A stretch of DNA of 64,000 nt. It comes from Candidatus Woesearchaeota archaeon. Lineage in GTDB: Archaea > Nanobdellota > Nanobdellia > Woesearchaeales > WAPY01. How positions within the stretch are numbered: position 1 is the first letter of the stretch; each line of letters starts with the position of its first letter. Below, in pieces: positions 38,134-47,978 of this stretch. The notes under the pieces were generated by a model. That model did no database searches and was not told the DNA's origin. It saw only the letters and a program-made list of their open reading frames with translations. Made by a program: the position numbers and the translations under genes. The DNA lies in contig JBNAUL010000003.1 in assembly GCA_049700835.1 (NCBI GenBank), positions 9,775 through 73,774 on the forward strand, in the 5' to 3' direction.

Positions 38134-41100
38134 ATGATTAAAAAGCCAGAATTCAAGATGCATCACAGGATTACGGCACTGTTTGCAATCACTTTCCTAA
38201 TATTTGCATTTTCATTGATCATAGATTATTCTGATTTTTCATTCAACGCAAGCATTTTCAAAAACAAGAACTCAATCACAGGATATTCCATCTATGCAAA
38301 TCATGCACAAAGCCAAAATTCAAATGGTTCTCAAACTTTTAAAAAGATTCGCGTTTTAAACCCGAAATCCAACCCTGTTGTTTTTGGAGAATGGGTTATC
38401 AACTTTACAACAAATGGCATTGGAAATCTTACAATAAGGGCAATTAATGGAACCTTGTTTGAATACGATGTAAAACTCTTGAAGCTGTACTGCGATGGCT
38501 TTGACACAAACACGAGCTATTTAGGGGCAAAGATTTTTTTTGAGAACTGGAGTTGTTCTTCAGGAAGTCTTGTCTTATTAGTTCTAACCTCTGGAAAGCA
38601 CTATTTGGAATTTAATTTTTTGGACGACAGAGATTTTGCAGAAAACTATGCCTGTAACGAATCAACAATGCCTGTAATCAACGATGCTTTTGAACAATAC
38701 GGCTACGAAGGAATTTTGTTTTCAAAAAATATGGATGTTTCTGATCCTTCTGGATACCCAATAGTTTACTATGACATCTATGTCTCTGTAAACGACACGC
38801 TCAACATAACGATAAACAAGGATACAGGATTGATAACATTCTTTCCAGAGGATGATGATTTCGGAGAGCACATAGTTCAGTATTTGGCAAAGAACAACGA
38901 GAGTTGCTTGGGCTCAAAATGGATAACAATAATTGTTTATGACAGGCCTAACATAACAGCGCACTATCCTGAACAACTGAATTTTTCAATGTATGAAAAT
39001 TCAACCCAAAATTTTAATGTAACAGTCACTGACAGAAATTCGGATAACAATATAACATATTCATGGTATTTAGACTATGCTCTTGTTTCAAATGAGAGTT
39101 CTTATGAATATGCTCCTGATTTTTGCAGTTTTGGAGAGCACAATCTCACATTAATTGTTAAAAATTCTTACAACTTGACAGCAAATCTTTCTTGGAATTT
39201 AAGCGTTCTGAATGTTAACAGGCCGCCTTATTTTATCGGAGAAATACCCAATTTTTCTTGGAATGAGAGCAGCAACCTTACCAATGCTTTCAATCTTTTT
39301 GATTACTTCAACGACTCTGACTTGCACTGCAGCAATAACGAAGACAATTTGAGTTTCAACTATTCTATAATAGAAAATGATTATAATGTTTCAGTAGAAA
39401 TCAATCAGGGCAATGTAAGTTTTATCCCAGTTATACATTGGTTTGGGAACAGGACAATAGTATTCTACGCTTTTGACAGCTACGGCGCTTACAATCTAAG
39501 CAACAACATAACGCTCGAAGTTATTTTTGTCAACGACCCCCCAATAATAGGTTACAATAACTTTTCGGTTTTTGCCTATTCAAGAGTTAACAGAATGTTG
39601 AACTTTACTGATTATGACCTGCCTTATGATACCCTGACTTTTAATTATACGACTTTGGATGATTTTCCTGAATTTTATATGGAAAGCAGTACTGGAATGA
39701 TCAATTTCACTCCCACAAGCGTAGGAGAGCATTATGTCAATGTTACAGCAATAGACAGCCACAACGCTTCTGACTTAAAGATTATCTACATTGAAATAAA
39801 AAACAATTCACACCCACATTTCAATGAGATTCCTCCAAATGTCACGAAGCATTCAAATGAAACCTTTTATTATGCTGTCAATGCATCTGATGAAAACGGA
39901 GATGAAATAACTTATTATGTTGAAAGCATTGAGGATTTCCCAAGTTTGAACATAAACAAGACAACAGGAATTATGAATTTTTCATTGACAAAGTGCGATG
40001 TCGGGAACCATTCTGTAACAATAACAATAACTGATGTCTACAACGCTTCAAACTCTTCTTCATTTTTGTTTGAAGTAATCAACATTCCAGAACCGCCGAT
40101 TCTCGAGGAACTCTCCGACATGCATACGAGAATAAACAAAACATTTTCTATAATAATCTCTGCAGAAGATAATGACATTTTATGCCCAGGCGACAATCTT
40201 GATTTTGCAATCAATTCAACCTACGGAGGATTATTTTCAATAACAAACATAAATTCTACCAAGAACTATAAATCCAATTTCACTGCTTACAGCAATATCG
40301 TTGGGAACTATTCGATAAACATAAGTGTAATAGATTCCTATGGCCTGCAGGACAGCGTTTCAATAAACTTCTCATTCACAGAAAATCACGCTCCTGAAAT
40401 CAACGAGGACACCATAACAGCAAACGCTTCGCAAAATTTTTCATATTTGCTCAACATAACAGATTATGACGAAGATGAATTGACTATTGAATATTCAACA
40501 GACATGACAGGTTTTTACATGAGCCCAGCAGGTTTAATAAATTTCACTCCGCTAATCAATGAGACAGGAACTCATGTTTTGTATGTCAATGCTTCTGATT
40601 CAATAGCAATTTCCGAGAAAAACATCACTTTCATAATAATAACTCCAAACAACCCGCCAATCCTGAATGTTTCAAACCTAAACGCTACTGCTGGAATAAA
40701 CTTTGATTATCAAATAACTGCATACGATGAGGACAATGACACCCTTAATTTTTCATACAGCTTCATTGGTTCAAACATATCAAACTTCTTCATGAACTCA
40801 TCTGGATTTATAAATTTCACCCCACTCGATTCAGAAGTAGGGGTTTATTCTTTGAATATAAGCGTTAGCGATGGAAAATCCATTTCTTATGCGTTGATAA
40901 ATTTCACAATACTGTGGCAGAACCACAATCCTAAAATAATTGAATATTTTCCTTTATATGCAGAAACAAGCGAAGGCCAAAGCATAATCTTTAATGTTAC
41001 TATAAATGATAGCGATTTGTCCTATGGAGATTCGATAACTGCTGTATGGCGTGTTGATGATGCGCTTTTCAACTCCACACAAAAATATTCTGTTGGGAAC

Positions 41101-42639
41101 TACACCTATGCAGTATTTAACTACTCTCCAGGTTATTGCGATTATGGAACGCACAATATAACAATTCTTGCTTACGACTCTTATGGCAATTCAACATGGT
41201 TTTCTTGGAATGTTACTGTTAACAATACCAACAGGCCGCCTTTCTTTGGAATGAAGATTTTAAGAAGTATAAATGATTTCTCAAACGCAATAAGATCTAA
41301 CATAACACTATCAAACAACTCAATAGAATTGCTTAACTTGGAAAATTGTTCTGATTGCTACAATTATTCTGAATTTGGCTATCTTGAGATAGCAATAGAC
41401 CTTAGGGCAGACAATTCAAACTATGCTCAATTTGTTTTTGGGAAAATACTTTTAGAAGGAAGCATAAGCAATGTTACAAACATAAGCATTGAAACAAGGA
41501 CTTCTATGGACAACATTACTTGGAGCGATTGGAGTTTGCAGCAAAACAACACAAAAATCTCTTCAGCACCAAATCGCTATCTTGAACTGAGATTAAATTT
41601 ATCGACAACGAACAATTCCATAAGTCCAAAAATAAATAACATAACCATAGAATACTTCATCTCAAATCTCACTATACAGGAGAACATAAACCCATGGTGG
41701 CTAAACCTGAATTATTTCTTCTATGACGAAGATATCAGCTGTAGGGATGACAGTTTGACATTCAACAGTTCCTTGAACTCGATATTAGGCATAAACATTT
41801 TCAACGGATTGGTCCAACTGCAACCGGTGCAGGACGGAACAGCAGACATTTATTTTACAGCAACAGATTCCTACAATGAAACAGCAAACAGCAACACAGC
41901 AAGGATAATAATAGAAAATGTTGAGCAAATTACTCCTCAAACAATCTATGTCGGAGGTGGAACTTCATCTACGATTAAGGAAAAATATGTTGACAAACCT
42001 TATTCCCAAAACATAATCTTTCCTTTGGAAGCAACAATCTATCAGAATGATACGATAATAATTCCATTGGAAATAGTTAATTCTGGAAATGAAACCCTTG
42101 AAGGAATAACGCTTGAAGCATTTTCTGAGAGAGATGTTTCGATGGCATTCGCAAAGAACTCATTTGAAAAAATCCCAAAAAACTCAAAGGAGAGAACAGA
42201 ATTGATAGTTGTTTCTTACAAGACGTATCCTTCTTATGAGATTGTTGTTAAGGCAAAGGTTAAAAAACCTGAATTTGAGGACTCTGCAAAGATACTTATA
42301 AACTCAATAGAGCTTGGTTCAGAATCAGAAAAGGAGTTCAACACAAAGATAACCTTTACAAGGGACCTGCTCAGGGAAAATCCTGAGTGCCTGGAGTTGA
42401 ATGAGCTTTTAAACAAAGTAGAGGATTACATAAGAAATAAGGAGTATGAAAAAGCAAATGCAATGATCGAATCAACAATTAGGGCTTGCAAATACTTGTT
42501 AACCTCAAAATCTCCGATAAAAGAAAAACCTGCAAGAATAATCATATCAAGGAATTACTCTACAATTGCAATTCTCTTTGTCGTTATCGCAATGCTTACC
42601 CTTGTGATATTCTACTATGTTAAGAGGAGGTTTTCTTAA
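38134..42639 (+). CDS. Large cadherin-like/Ig repeat adhesin (1501 aa), C-terminal TM
   Basis: Repeated NxPP...DxD...G(L/M/F)INFTP...VGxH units of ~90 aa; very many N-x-S/T sequons; C-terminal TM + KRR. Confidence 0.85.
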   Translation: MIKKPEFKMHHRITALFAITFLIFAFSLIIDYSDFSFNASIFKNKNSITGYSIYANHAQSQNSNGSQTFKKIRVLNPKSNPVVFGEWVINFTTNGIGNLTIRAINGTLFEYDVKLLKLYCDGFDTNTSYLGAKIFFENWSCSSGSLVLLVLTSGKHYLEFNFLDDRDFAENYACNESTMPVINDAFEQYGYEGILFSKNMDVSDPSGYPIVYYDIYVSVNDTLNITINKDTGLITFFPEDDDFGEHIVQYLAKNNESCLGSKWITIIVYDRPNITAHYPEQLNFSMYENSTQNFNVTVTDRNSDNNITYSWYLDYALVSNESSYEYAPDFCSFGEHNLTLIVKNSYNLTANLSWNLSVLNVNRPPYFIGEIPNFSWNESSNLTNAFNLFDYFNDSDLHCSNNEDNLSFNYSIIENDYNVSVEINQGNVSFIPVIHWFGNRTIVFYAFDSYGAYNLSNNITLEVIFVNDPPIIGYNNFSVFAYSRVNRMLNFTDYDLPYDTLTFNYTTLDDFPEFYMESSTGMINFTPTSVGEHYVNVTAIDSHNASDLKIIYIEIKNNSHPHFNEIPPNVTKHSNETFYYAVNASDENGDEITYYVESIEDFPSLNINKTTGIMNFSLTKCDVGNHSVTITITDVYNASNSSSFLFEVINIPEPPILEELSDMHTRINKTFSIIISAEDNDILCPGDNLDFAINSTYGGLFSITNINSTKNYKSNFTAYSNIVGNYSINISVIDSYGLQDSVSINFSFTENHAPEINEDTITANASQNFSYLLNITDYDEDELTIEYSTDMTGFYMSPAGLINFTPLINETGTHVLYVNASDSIAISEKNITFIIITPNNPPILNVSNLNATAGINFDYQITAYDEDNDTLNFSYSFIGSNISNFFMNSSGFINFTPLDSEVGVYSLNISVSDGKSISYALINFTILWQNHNPKIIEYFPLYAETSEGQSIIFNVTINDSDLSYGDSITAVWRVDDALFNSTQKYSVGNYTYAVFNYSPGYCDYGTHNITILAYDSYGNSTWFSWNVTVNNTNRPPFFGMKILRSINDFSNAIRSNITLSNNSIELLNLENCSDCYNYSEFGYLEIAIDLRADNSNYAQFVFGKILLEGSISNVTNISIETRTSMDNITWSDWSLQQNNTKISSAPNRYLELRLNLSTTNNSISPKINNITIEYFISNLTIQENINPWWLNLNYFFYDEDISCRDDSLTFNSSLNSILGINIFNGLVQLQPVQDGTADIYFTATDSYNETANSNTARIIIENVEQITPQTIYVGGGTSSTIKEKYVDKPYSQNIIFPLEATIYQNDTIIIPLEIVNSGNETLEGITLEAFSERDVSMAFAKNSFEKIPKNSKERTELIVVSYKTYPSYEIVVKAKVKKPEFEDSAKILINSIELGSESEKEFNTKITFTRDLLRENPECLELNELLNKVEDYIRNKEYEKANAMIESTIRACKYLLTSKSPIKEKPARIIISRNYSTIAILFVVIAMLTLVIFYYVKRRFS

Positions 42640-42710
42640 GGAACCATTCACAGATATTTGATTCACAATCTTTGGAAAAATTTAAAAATCATCTTATTTT
42701 TCGTTTTTGC

Positions 42711-45062
42711 ATGTTTAAAAAGGAATTGAAAAGAGGGCAGATGCAATCTGTTTTTTTAATAGCTTTTGTGGCAATAGCATGTGCATTCCTCTTAATATTT
42801 GGCTACAATGCTTTAAAGAGTATTAAATCCTCAGGAAAAAAAGCAGAAACAGCAAATTTTTTCATGGAGCTGAAATCAGGAATTTCTGAAATTTCAGAAC
42901 AAGAAGACAGCGTAGAAAAATTTAATTTAAAAGCGCCTTCTGATATGCAGCTCGTTTGTTTTGTCAGCAACGCCTTGTTAGAAAATAAAGAACTTCTAGA
43001 GAATTATTGCAGCAATTTAAGAGATGATTTTTACTATGCGGAAAGGATAAGAATATGCTCTCTTTTAATGGAAGGAGTTAAAAAGAATGTTTTTTTGATT
43101 CCATCTTTTGAGAACTATTATGTTCAAGGGATAATTCTGGAGGACTTTATTTTGTGTGTTCCTACATACAACAATCACTTGCATCTTTTATTGTTGGGTT
43201 TAAAAGGAAACACTTACCTTAGAAAGGACAATTCATTCACAAAGATATGCACGCTTGATGAAGATTGCAATCAAGATGAATTCTGCAACGATAAAAACAT
43301 TTGCGTTTTAAAGTGCAAACGCAACGATGACTGCAAATCAGAAGAAAAGGTTTGCAATTTTAACACAGGCAGATGCGTTGATTGCATGTTTGATGAAGAT
43401 TGCGATTCAGATTTGTTCTGCAGTCAAAATAACACTTGCATTGAATGCTTTTTAGATAATGATTGCAATGAAGATGAAATTTGTTTAAATAACAAATGCG
43501 AAAAAATCAGGTGCGGTTATGCAGATATTAACTATTCCAACGGTGAAAAGTTTTGCATTTCAAACAGAGTTGTTGGAATTTGCGAAATAATAAATCATAG
43601 CCAAAGCATAAAGAACATTGATTGCGAAAATAACTTTTGCGTTAATGGCGCTTGCGAGAATACTTGTAATAATGGAATTTTAGAAGAGTGGGAGGATTGT
43701 GAGGGAGACAATTTACGGGATAAGGAATGTAAAGATTTAAAAGACCCTGTTTTTGGTTTTAATTATAACGGAGGAAAATTAAGTTGCTATGATAACTGTT
43801 CTTTTGATGTTTCCATGTGTGATTCCCCAATTCTATCGTACATGCTTAATTATCAGGACGAAAATTTATTATGTTTGTTGAATAAAAGCGTCAATAAAAA
43901 TTCGCAAGAATGTTTTTCTTTTGTTGGTAGATTAGCAAATTCTTTATGCAACGGAGACACACTTTATTGCGATTCTTCAATTAACTTTTTAAAAGAGATA
44001 TGCACAAAATCTTATGGAAAAAATAATTTTGATTTAGTTCTCTTTAAATTGCCTGCTGACAGCACGCAGCAATTTTATTATAATACTTATAATATTAAGG
44101 GAAATTTTGGAATTGATGATTTAGTGATTTCATCAAAAATAATTCCTAAACAAGATTACTCAGGAGAAGGTTTTGTATGCTATGATCTTTGCAATAAGGG
44201 CTATGATTTCTTGAAAATTTTTATATACAAAAATAACAAAAAAGGCAAAATACTGAAAGTAGAAAGATCTTCTTATCCATGCAGCATTTGCAGATTTTGG
44301 TTAAAGGATCATTCTTGTGAGAGCGCATTAACTTGCAGCAATCAAGTTTTTGGCTTGGTTTGTTCTGACAATAAAGTTTGCTGTAAGACAAATGCTCTAT
44401 GTCCTAACAATAAACTTTATTATTGTTCTGATGTATGCTCTTCGGGAGATTATGTTAATTATGAGTATTACTGCAGTGATGGAAAGAAGTGCTGTTATTC
44501 CGCAAGCAGCGATGAATGCCTAATGAAGAATGGATTTTATGTTTTTATCGACAAATGTGCTTCAAATTGTATAATTCAAACATCATCAGTTCCTTCAGGT
44601 TATGTTTGTTGCAAGGCGAATTGCTGCGGTAACAAAAATTGCGAGTTTGAAGAAGATGAACATAACTGCAAAGCAGACTGCAGTAGCAATTCATCGCCTA
44701 CACCAAATCCTACTTCAAACTCAACACCTAATCCAACACCTACTCAATCTCCTTCTCCAACTCCTACACCCAAAAATTGCGATCCAAATAAAAAGATAAC
44801 TTGTTCTTGGATGAGAGATCCTAAATGCGTGGAAGGAAAATGCGTTTACAGAGGAAAAGCAATAGTAGTAACTTGCGATGAGTGCAACATTGATGAATGC
44901 TGCCAGCATAATGAACCCTTGGTCTGCGATCCTCCTTGCGAAGTTTTAGATTGTTCAAAAGATTGCACATGCACTTGCGATCCACCTTGCAAATATCCAT
45001 ATAGTTGTGATACTGGTTCAGGAGAGTGCACTTATGCACCATCTGGTTACATATGCCCTTAA
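42711..45062 (+). CDS. Class III signal peptide protein with long Cys-rich region and Pro/Thr linker
   Basis: KRG|QMQSVFLIAFVAIACAFLLIFGY; VCFV motif; CxxDxDC repeats; PTPNPT linker. Confidence 0.75.
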   Translation: MFKKELKRGQMQSVFLIAFVAIACAFLLIFGYNALKSIKSSGKKAETANFFMELKSGISEISEQEDSVEKFNLKAPSDMQLVCFVSNALLENKELLENYCSNLRDDFYYAERIRICSLLMEGVKKNVFLIPSFENYYVQGIILEDFILCVPTYNNHLHLLLLGLKGNTYLRKDNSFTKICTLDEDCNQDEFCNDKNICVLKCKRNDDCKSEEKVCNFNTGRCVDCMFDEDCDSDLFCSQNNTCIECFLDNDCNEDEICLNNKCEKIRCGYADINYSNGEKFCISNRVVGICEIINHSQSIKNIDCENNFCVNGACENTCNNGILEEWEDCEGDNLRDKECKDLKDPVFGFNYNGGKLSCYDNCSFDVSMCDSPILSYMLNYQDENLLCLLNKSVNKNSQECFSFVGRLANSLCNGDTLYCDSSINFLKEICTKSYGKNNFDLVLFKLPADSTQQFYYNTYNIKGNFGIDDLVISSKIIPKQDYSGEGFVCYDLCNKGYDFLKIFIYKNNKKGKILKVERSSYPCSICRFWLKDHSCESALTCSNQVFGLVCSDNKVCCKTNALCPNNKLYYCSDVCSSGDYVNYEYYCSDGKKCCYSASSDECLMKNGFYVFIDKCASNCIIQTSSVPSGYVCCKANCCGNKNCEFEEDEHNCKADCSSNSSPTPNPTSNSTPNPTPTQSPSPTPTPKNCDPNKKITCSWMRDPKCVEGKCVYRGKAIVVTCDECNIDECCQHNEPLVCDPPCEVLDCSKDCTCTCDPPCKYPYSCDTGSGECTYAPSGYICP

Positions 45063-45119
45063 TATTTTTTAAAATTAAAAGAGAAGCAGTAAAAATCTTT
45101 TATTTTATCTTTATTTTAT

Positions 45120-45857
45120 CTATTTCATCTTTTCAATAATTTTGTTATAAAAATCAACTATTTCCTCTCTAACGCTCTTCTTTTCCTCTATGCTAAGTTT
45201 ATTGTAAATTTCTCTTATCAATTCATACTTCTTTTGGGCTTCTTCCAAGTTGAAATTTAAGAGTTCGTTTCCTTCTAACAGGAGTTCGTAAATACTTTCC
45301 AATTCCTCTTTTGGTTCTTTGATTTTCTTTTTTTCAATCTGCTCTTTTCTAATTCCTGTATTTTCTTCTCTTTTTTCCTTTCCAACGATTACAGAATTTT
45401 TTCTTTTAGCAAAATTATTTTTTGTTCCTTTGACCCTCTTTATGATTGGATGAAACACAGAAATTTTAAATCCTTTCTGCTCATTGCTGTTTTCAATCTG
45501 ATTTTTTGCTTTTAGAATGTATCTCTTGAATTCTCTTGCGATTTTTTTTATTCTCTCATGCTCAATTTTTTTGTTTGGGAATTTCTTGTATTCATATTCT
45601 TCTGCGACCTTCAATAAATCAAGAATTTTCTGCTTTTCTTTTGAATCTATCCTTCTGTTGGCAAGCTCCTTTTCAAGCTCTTCGTAGGTAAAGGAATACC
45701 TTATGTTGTATTTCGAAGCAAAATAATTCTTTATTATGTGGAATAGCTGTATGCTTGAGTCCTCAACATTAGTAATTTTCAGCCTTCTTAGAAATCTTTC
45801 AAGCACATTCAAAGTATGATTTTTCAATACAACTTCCTTGTCAACCTCTTTTTTCAT
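45120..45857 (-). CDS. Soluble helical protein similar to cytoplasmic tail of 35523..38102
   Basis: IRYSFTYEELEKEL and AQKKYELIREIYNKL motifs; divergent from moxR. Confidence 0.7.
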   Translation of the reverse strand: MKKEVDKEVVLKNHTLNVLERFLRRLKITNVEDSSIQLFHIIKNYFASKYNIRYSFTYEELEKELANRRIDSKEKQKILDLLKVAEEYEYKKFPNKKIEHERIKKIAREFKRYILKAKNQIENSNEQKGFKISVFHPIIKRVKGTKNNFAKRKNSVIVGKEKREENTGIRKEQIEKKKIKEPKEELESIYELLLEGNELLNFNLEEAQKKYELIREIYNKLSIEEKKSVREEIVDFYNKIIEKMK

Positions 45858-45990
45858 ATCAATATTATCATTTGAATAAACTATTTAAATTTAACTGAGT
45901 TTTTAAAAAGAGATTGCCATCTTAGCAATTTTTTTTACTCTTATAAAGTGAAACTATAAAAATTTAAACTTTTTTTTATCTTTAAAACTT

Positions 45991-46971
45991 ATGGACAATA
46001 TTTCAAAACAGGTTGTTGCATGCAAGAAAGATATAGAATTGATAAAAAAAGAAGTTTCAAAGGTCGTCATAGGTCAGCAGGAGCTTGTTGATTCAATAAT
46101 AAGGGCAATAATCTCTGACGGGCATGTTCTGCTTGAAGGAGTTCCAGGTCTTGCAAAAACTCTTGTTGTAAGGACAATCGCCTCTGTTTTTGGTTGTGAT
46201 TTCAAAAGAATACAATTCACTCCTGATCTGCTTCCAGCAGACCTGATTGGAATAACAACCTATGACAAGGAGAAGGGTTTTTATGTTGTAAAAGGACCAA
46301 TCTTTACAAACTTTGTTTTGGCTGACGAGATAAACAGGGCACCGCCAAAGGTTCAGTCCGCATTGCTTGAATGCATGCAGGAAAGGCAGGCAACGATTAG
46401 TAGGGAATCCTTCCAAATCCAATCACCTTTTTTTGTTCTTGCAACTCAAAATCCATTGGAGTCCTTAGGAACATATCCGCTGCCAGAAGCACAGATTGAC
46501 AGGTTTTTATTCAAGTTGAAGGTTGGTTATCCTAATCTTGAAGAGGAAAAATTGATTTTGGAAAACAACATTACCATAAGAAAGTTTGAGGCTTATAACC
46601 TGAAACCTGTTTATTCATCTGAAAAACTGATAAAATTGCAGGAAACAGTAAAACAGATTTATTTGGACGATAAAATAAAGAAGTACATAGTATCTATAGT
46701 TGATGCTACAAGGCACCCAAGCGATTATGGGATAAAGCTTGGCAAGTATATAGAGTGGGGTGCTTCCCCAAGAGCATCTATAGGGCTTTATATTGCTTCA
46801 AAAGCAGAGGCTCTAATGCAGGGAAAGACATTTGTTGTTCCGCAGTTTGTAAAGAACATCGCATACGATGTTTTAAGGCACAGAATAATAGTTAATTATG
46901 AAGGGCAATCAGAAAATATAACTTCTGAGGACATTATCAAAGAAGTGCTAAACAGGGTTCCAATACCTTAA
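45991..46971 (+). CDS. moxR: MoxR-family AAA+ ATPase
   Basis: GHVLLEGVPGLAKT, RIQFTPDLLPAD, LADEINRAPPKVQSALLE, GTYPLPEAQIDRF, GASPRAS. Confidence 0.96.
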   Translation: MDNISKQVVACKKDIELIKKEVSKVVIGQQELVDSIIRAIISDGHVLLEGVPGLAKTLVVRTIASVFGCDFKRIQFTPDLLPADLIGITTYDKEKGFYVVKGPIFTNFVLADEINRAPPKVQSALLECMQERQATISRESFQIQSPFFVLATQNPLESLGTYPLPEAQIDRFLFKLKVGYPNLEEEKLILENNITIRKFEAYNLKPVYSSEKLIKLQETVKQIYLDDKIKKYIVSIVDATRHPSDYGIKLGKYIEWGASPRASIGLYIASKAEALMQGKTFVVPQFVKNIAYDVLRHRIIVNYEGQSENITSEDIIKEVLNRVPIP

Positions 46972-47087
46972 TCAAAAATTTAGAAAAAGAACTTAATAAA
47001 ATTTTAGAATTTAATAAGGAATTTGATGATAAATTTGATGAAAAATTCAATGAATAATAGATCATAAAATTCTTTTTAGGTGTAAAA

Positions 47088-47978
47088 ATGTATGAATTCA
47101 ATGTCAATCTAAAACCGCTTTTAAAGCAAATGGAGATTTTTTCAAAAAAGGATATTGCAGGAGGAGGTTTTGCAGGTGGCTATACAAGCGTTTTCAAGGG
47201 AAGGGGGTTAGAGTTTGAGGGCTACAGAGAGTATACTCCTAATGATGACGCGAGCTTGATTGACTGGAAAGCAAGTTTGAGGAGTAATGAACTTCTGATA
47301 AAAGAATTTGCAGAGGAAAGAAATGTAAATGTTGTATTTGCTTTTGATGTAAGCTCTTCGATGTCTTATGCTTCTACAAAAAAACTTAAGAATGAGTATG
47401 CCATTGAATTGATAGCAAGCATTGCATTTTCAATCTTGAGGGCAGGAGATAGCATTGGACTGCTGATGTTTTCTGACAGAGTGAAGTATTATCTTAAACC
47501 AGCTCTTGGGCATAAACAATACTATGTAATAATAAAAGCTCTTTTGAATCCGAAGCTTTACGAGGGAGATTTTGAATTATCAAAAGCGCTTTCGTTTTTA
47601 ACAACAAACCTTAAAAAGGGTTCTATTGTTATTTTGGTTTCTGATTTTATTGGGTTAAAGTCAGGTTGGCAGAATGTTTTGGATGTTGCTGTTAAAAAGT
47701 TTGATTTCATTGGAATAATGGTTCGGGATCCTGTTGACAACGAACTTCCAGTAAAAGTTGGACCTGTTGTCATTTCAGACCCTTTTTCAGACGATGAATT
47801 ATTAGTAGATCCTGATTTCATAAAACAGAAGTATGACAACTACACAAGGAACCAGAGAGCGGCTGTTAAAGAGGAGTTTTTAAAAAGGAGATGTGGCTTC
47901 ATAGAATTGAGAACAGACAAACCTTTTGAAGATGAGATACTAAAATTTTTTAAGCAGAGGGCAAAACAATGGAGATAA
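47088..47978 (+). CDS. DUF58 domain protein
   Basis: FKGRGLEFEGYREYTPNDDASLIDWKAS, FAEER, DVSSSM, SDF. Confidence 0.93.
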   Translation: MYEFNVNLKPLLKQMEIFSKKDIAGGGFAGGYTSVFKGRGLEFEGYREYTPNDDASLIDWKASLRSNELLIKEFAEERNVNVVFAFDVSSSMSYASTKKLKNEYAIELIASIAFSILRAGDSIGLLMFSDRVKYYLKPALGHKQYYVIIKALLNPKLYEGDFELSKALSFLTTNLKKGSIVILVSDFIGLKSGWQNVLDVAVKKFDFIGIMVRDPVDNELPVKVGPVVISDPFSDDELLVDPDFIKQKYDNYTRNQRAAVKEEFLKRRCGFIELRTDKPFEDEILKFFKQRAKQWR

